Below, in pieces: positions 63,399-64,000 of a stretch of 64,000 nucleotides of DNA. The notes under the pieces are model-generated. The model was not told the DNA's origin. It searched no databases and saw only the letters and a list, made by a program, of their open reading frames with translations. The stretch spans positions 68,557 through 132,556 of the forward strand of contig JAQVVF010000002.1 in assembly GCA_028699085.1 (NCBI GenBank). The letters are read 5' to 3'. A program made the translations under genes and the position numbers. This DNA comes from Patescibacteria group bacterium. GTDB lineage: Bacteria > Patescibacteriota > JABMPQ01 > JAQVVF01. Each line of letters opens with the position of its first letter. Within the stretch, counting starts at the first letter, position 1.

Positions 63399-64000
63399 TT
63401 ACTTTTTTATCACAACCATCGCTTTTCTGCCATTCAAAATCGGATAAGGATTTGATTTGCTAGTTCCATCAATAAAATCATGAATTGAATCAAACAAATT
63501 ATCAAAAGTATATCTGAATTTAAATCCTTGCCATACTCCTGGATCATTAGTAATAAAACCATTCTCATCAAATCCTACAACCACTAAATTATGATAAACA
63601 GGTCCTGGAGCTGTAAAATGTGGATTAGCTAGCAATTGACCAGCAGTTGGCACTAATACTGGATTGCCTTTTGCAACTTCTTCTTTAATATCATCAATCA
63701 TAATATCATATTTAACTTCCACATTCTTATAACCATAATATTCCTTAGCTAATTTGGCAATATTTTCAGCCTTCAAATCATAATGTCCGCCCCAATTCTG
63801 CATTTGCCAATCTACCATATCTAAAATTTCCTGATTTGCCACATTCTTTGGCATTTCTTGATTAAAATATTCACCTTTTAGATAATGATCGATCATCATT
63901 AAAGAGGCTTCCTCACAAGCTTCTTGCCATGGTTCTGCCCAATTTTGATAAGGCGCTTGACAAGTAAAAGGCACCTCTAAATCACAAGCTTCTGGAATCA
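63399..64000 (-). CDS. C39-like (papain-fold) peptidase-domain protein, probably 5'-truncated by the window edge
   Basis: FTCQAPYQNWAEPWQEACEEASLMMIDHYL is a Q...C catalytic-type motif. The reading frame stays open upstream of the GTG at 63974 to nt 64000. Confidence 0.6.
   Translation of the reverse strand, partial: IPEACDLEVPFTCQAPYQNWAEPWQEACEEASLMMIDHYLKGEYFNQEMPKNVANQEILDMVDWQMQNWGGHYDLKAENIAKLAKEYYGYKNVEVKYDIMIDDIKEEVAKGNPVLVPTAGQLLANPHFTAPGPVYHNLVVVGFDENGFITNDPGVWQGFKFRYTFDNLFDSIHDFIDGTSKSNPYPILNGRKAMVVIKK

Noticed and set aside
1-64000. Alternative genetic code (UGA recoding, as in some CPR relatives)
   Set aside because: All conserved genes are full length under the standard code, and TGA is used as a genuine stop (for example at 25310-25312). 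There is no evidence for recoding.

Overview
AT-rich (about 30% GC by eye), tightly packed bacterial window. The gene content and style fit a small-genome Patescibacteria/CPR-like organism; that lineage call is inference. Signs are ribosomal proteins with Lys-rich extensions, almost no Shine-Dalgarno (SD) sequences on housekeeping genes, ComEC/DprA, and few metabolic genes. From 1 to 13.3 kb on the minus strand lies the S10 ribosomal-protein cluster (rpsJ through the start of rplE), preceded by tuf, fusA, rpsG and rpsL. Three non-ribosomal genes are inserted into this str region. The remainder holds housekeeping genes: DEAD-box helicase, ndk, two glycosyltransferases, split comEC, ftsZ, ftsA, dgkA, ybeY, rpsU, hisS, lepB, an LCP protein, der, pth, mfd, dprA, topA, rel, parAB, glyA, tsaC, a glmU-like gene, a yvcK-like gene and glmS. 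There are two tRNAs, Pro-GGG and Leu-CAA. I saw no rRNA, CRISPR array, integrase or transposase. The most interesting items are these. (1) A GC-richer, SD-bearing accessory block sits at 23.9-29.2 kb between tRNA-Pro and ndk. It encodes a lipoprotein, two tandem paralogous proteins with a CC...CDC motif that I cannot place in any family, an overlapping 65-aa ORF, an M20 amidohydrolase, and a 573-aa glutathionylspermidine-synthetase-like ligase. The ligase is preceded by two tandem duplicated promoter/mini-ORF/terminator modules. (2) A heliorhodopsin with all key residues lies in a three-gene membrane operon. (3) A stand-alone ATP-grasp enzyme resembles the cyanophycin-synthetase G domain. (4) A collagen-like surface protein is inserted in the str operon. 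(5) A 13-unit heptanucleotide array abuts the GTG start of a glycosyltransferase. All homology calls come from motif recognition by eye and memory. No searches or computations were run.
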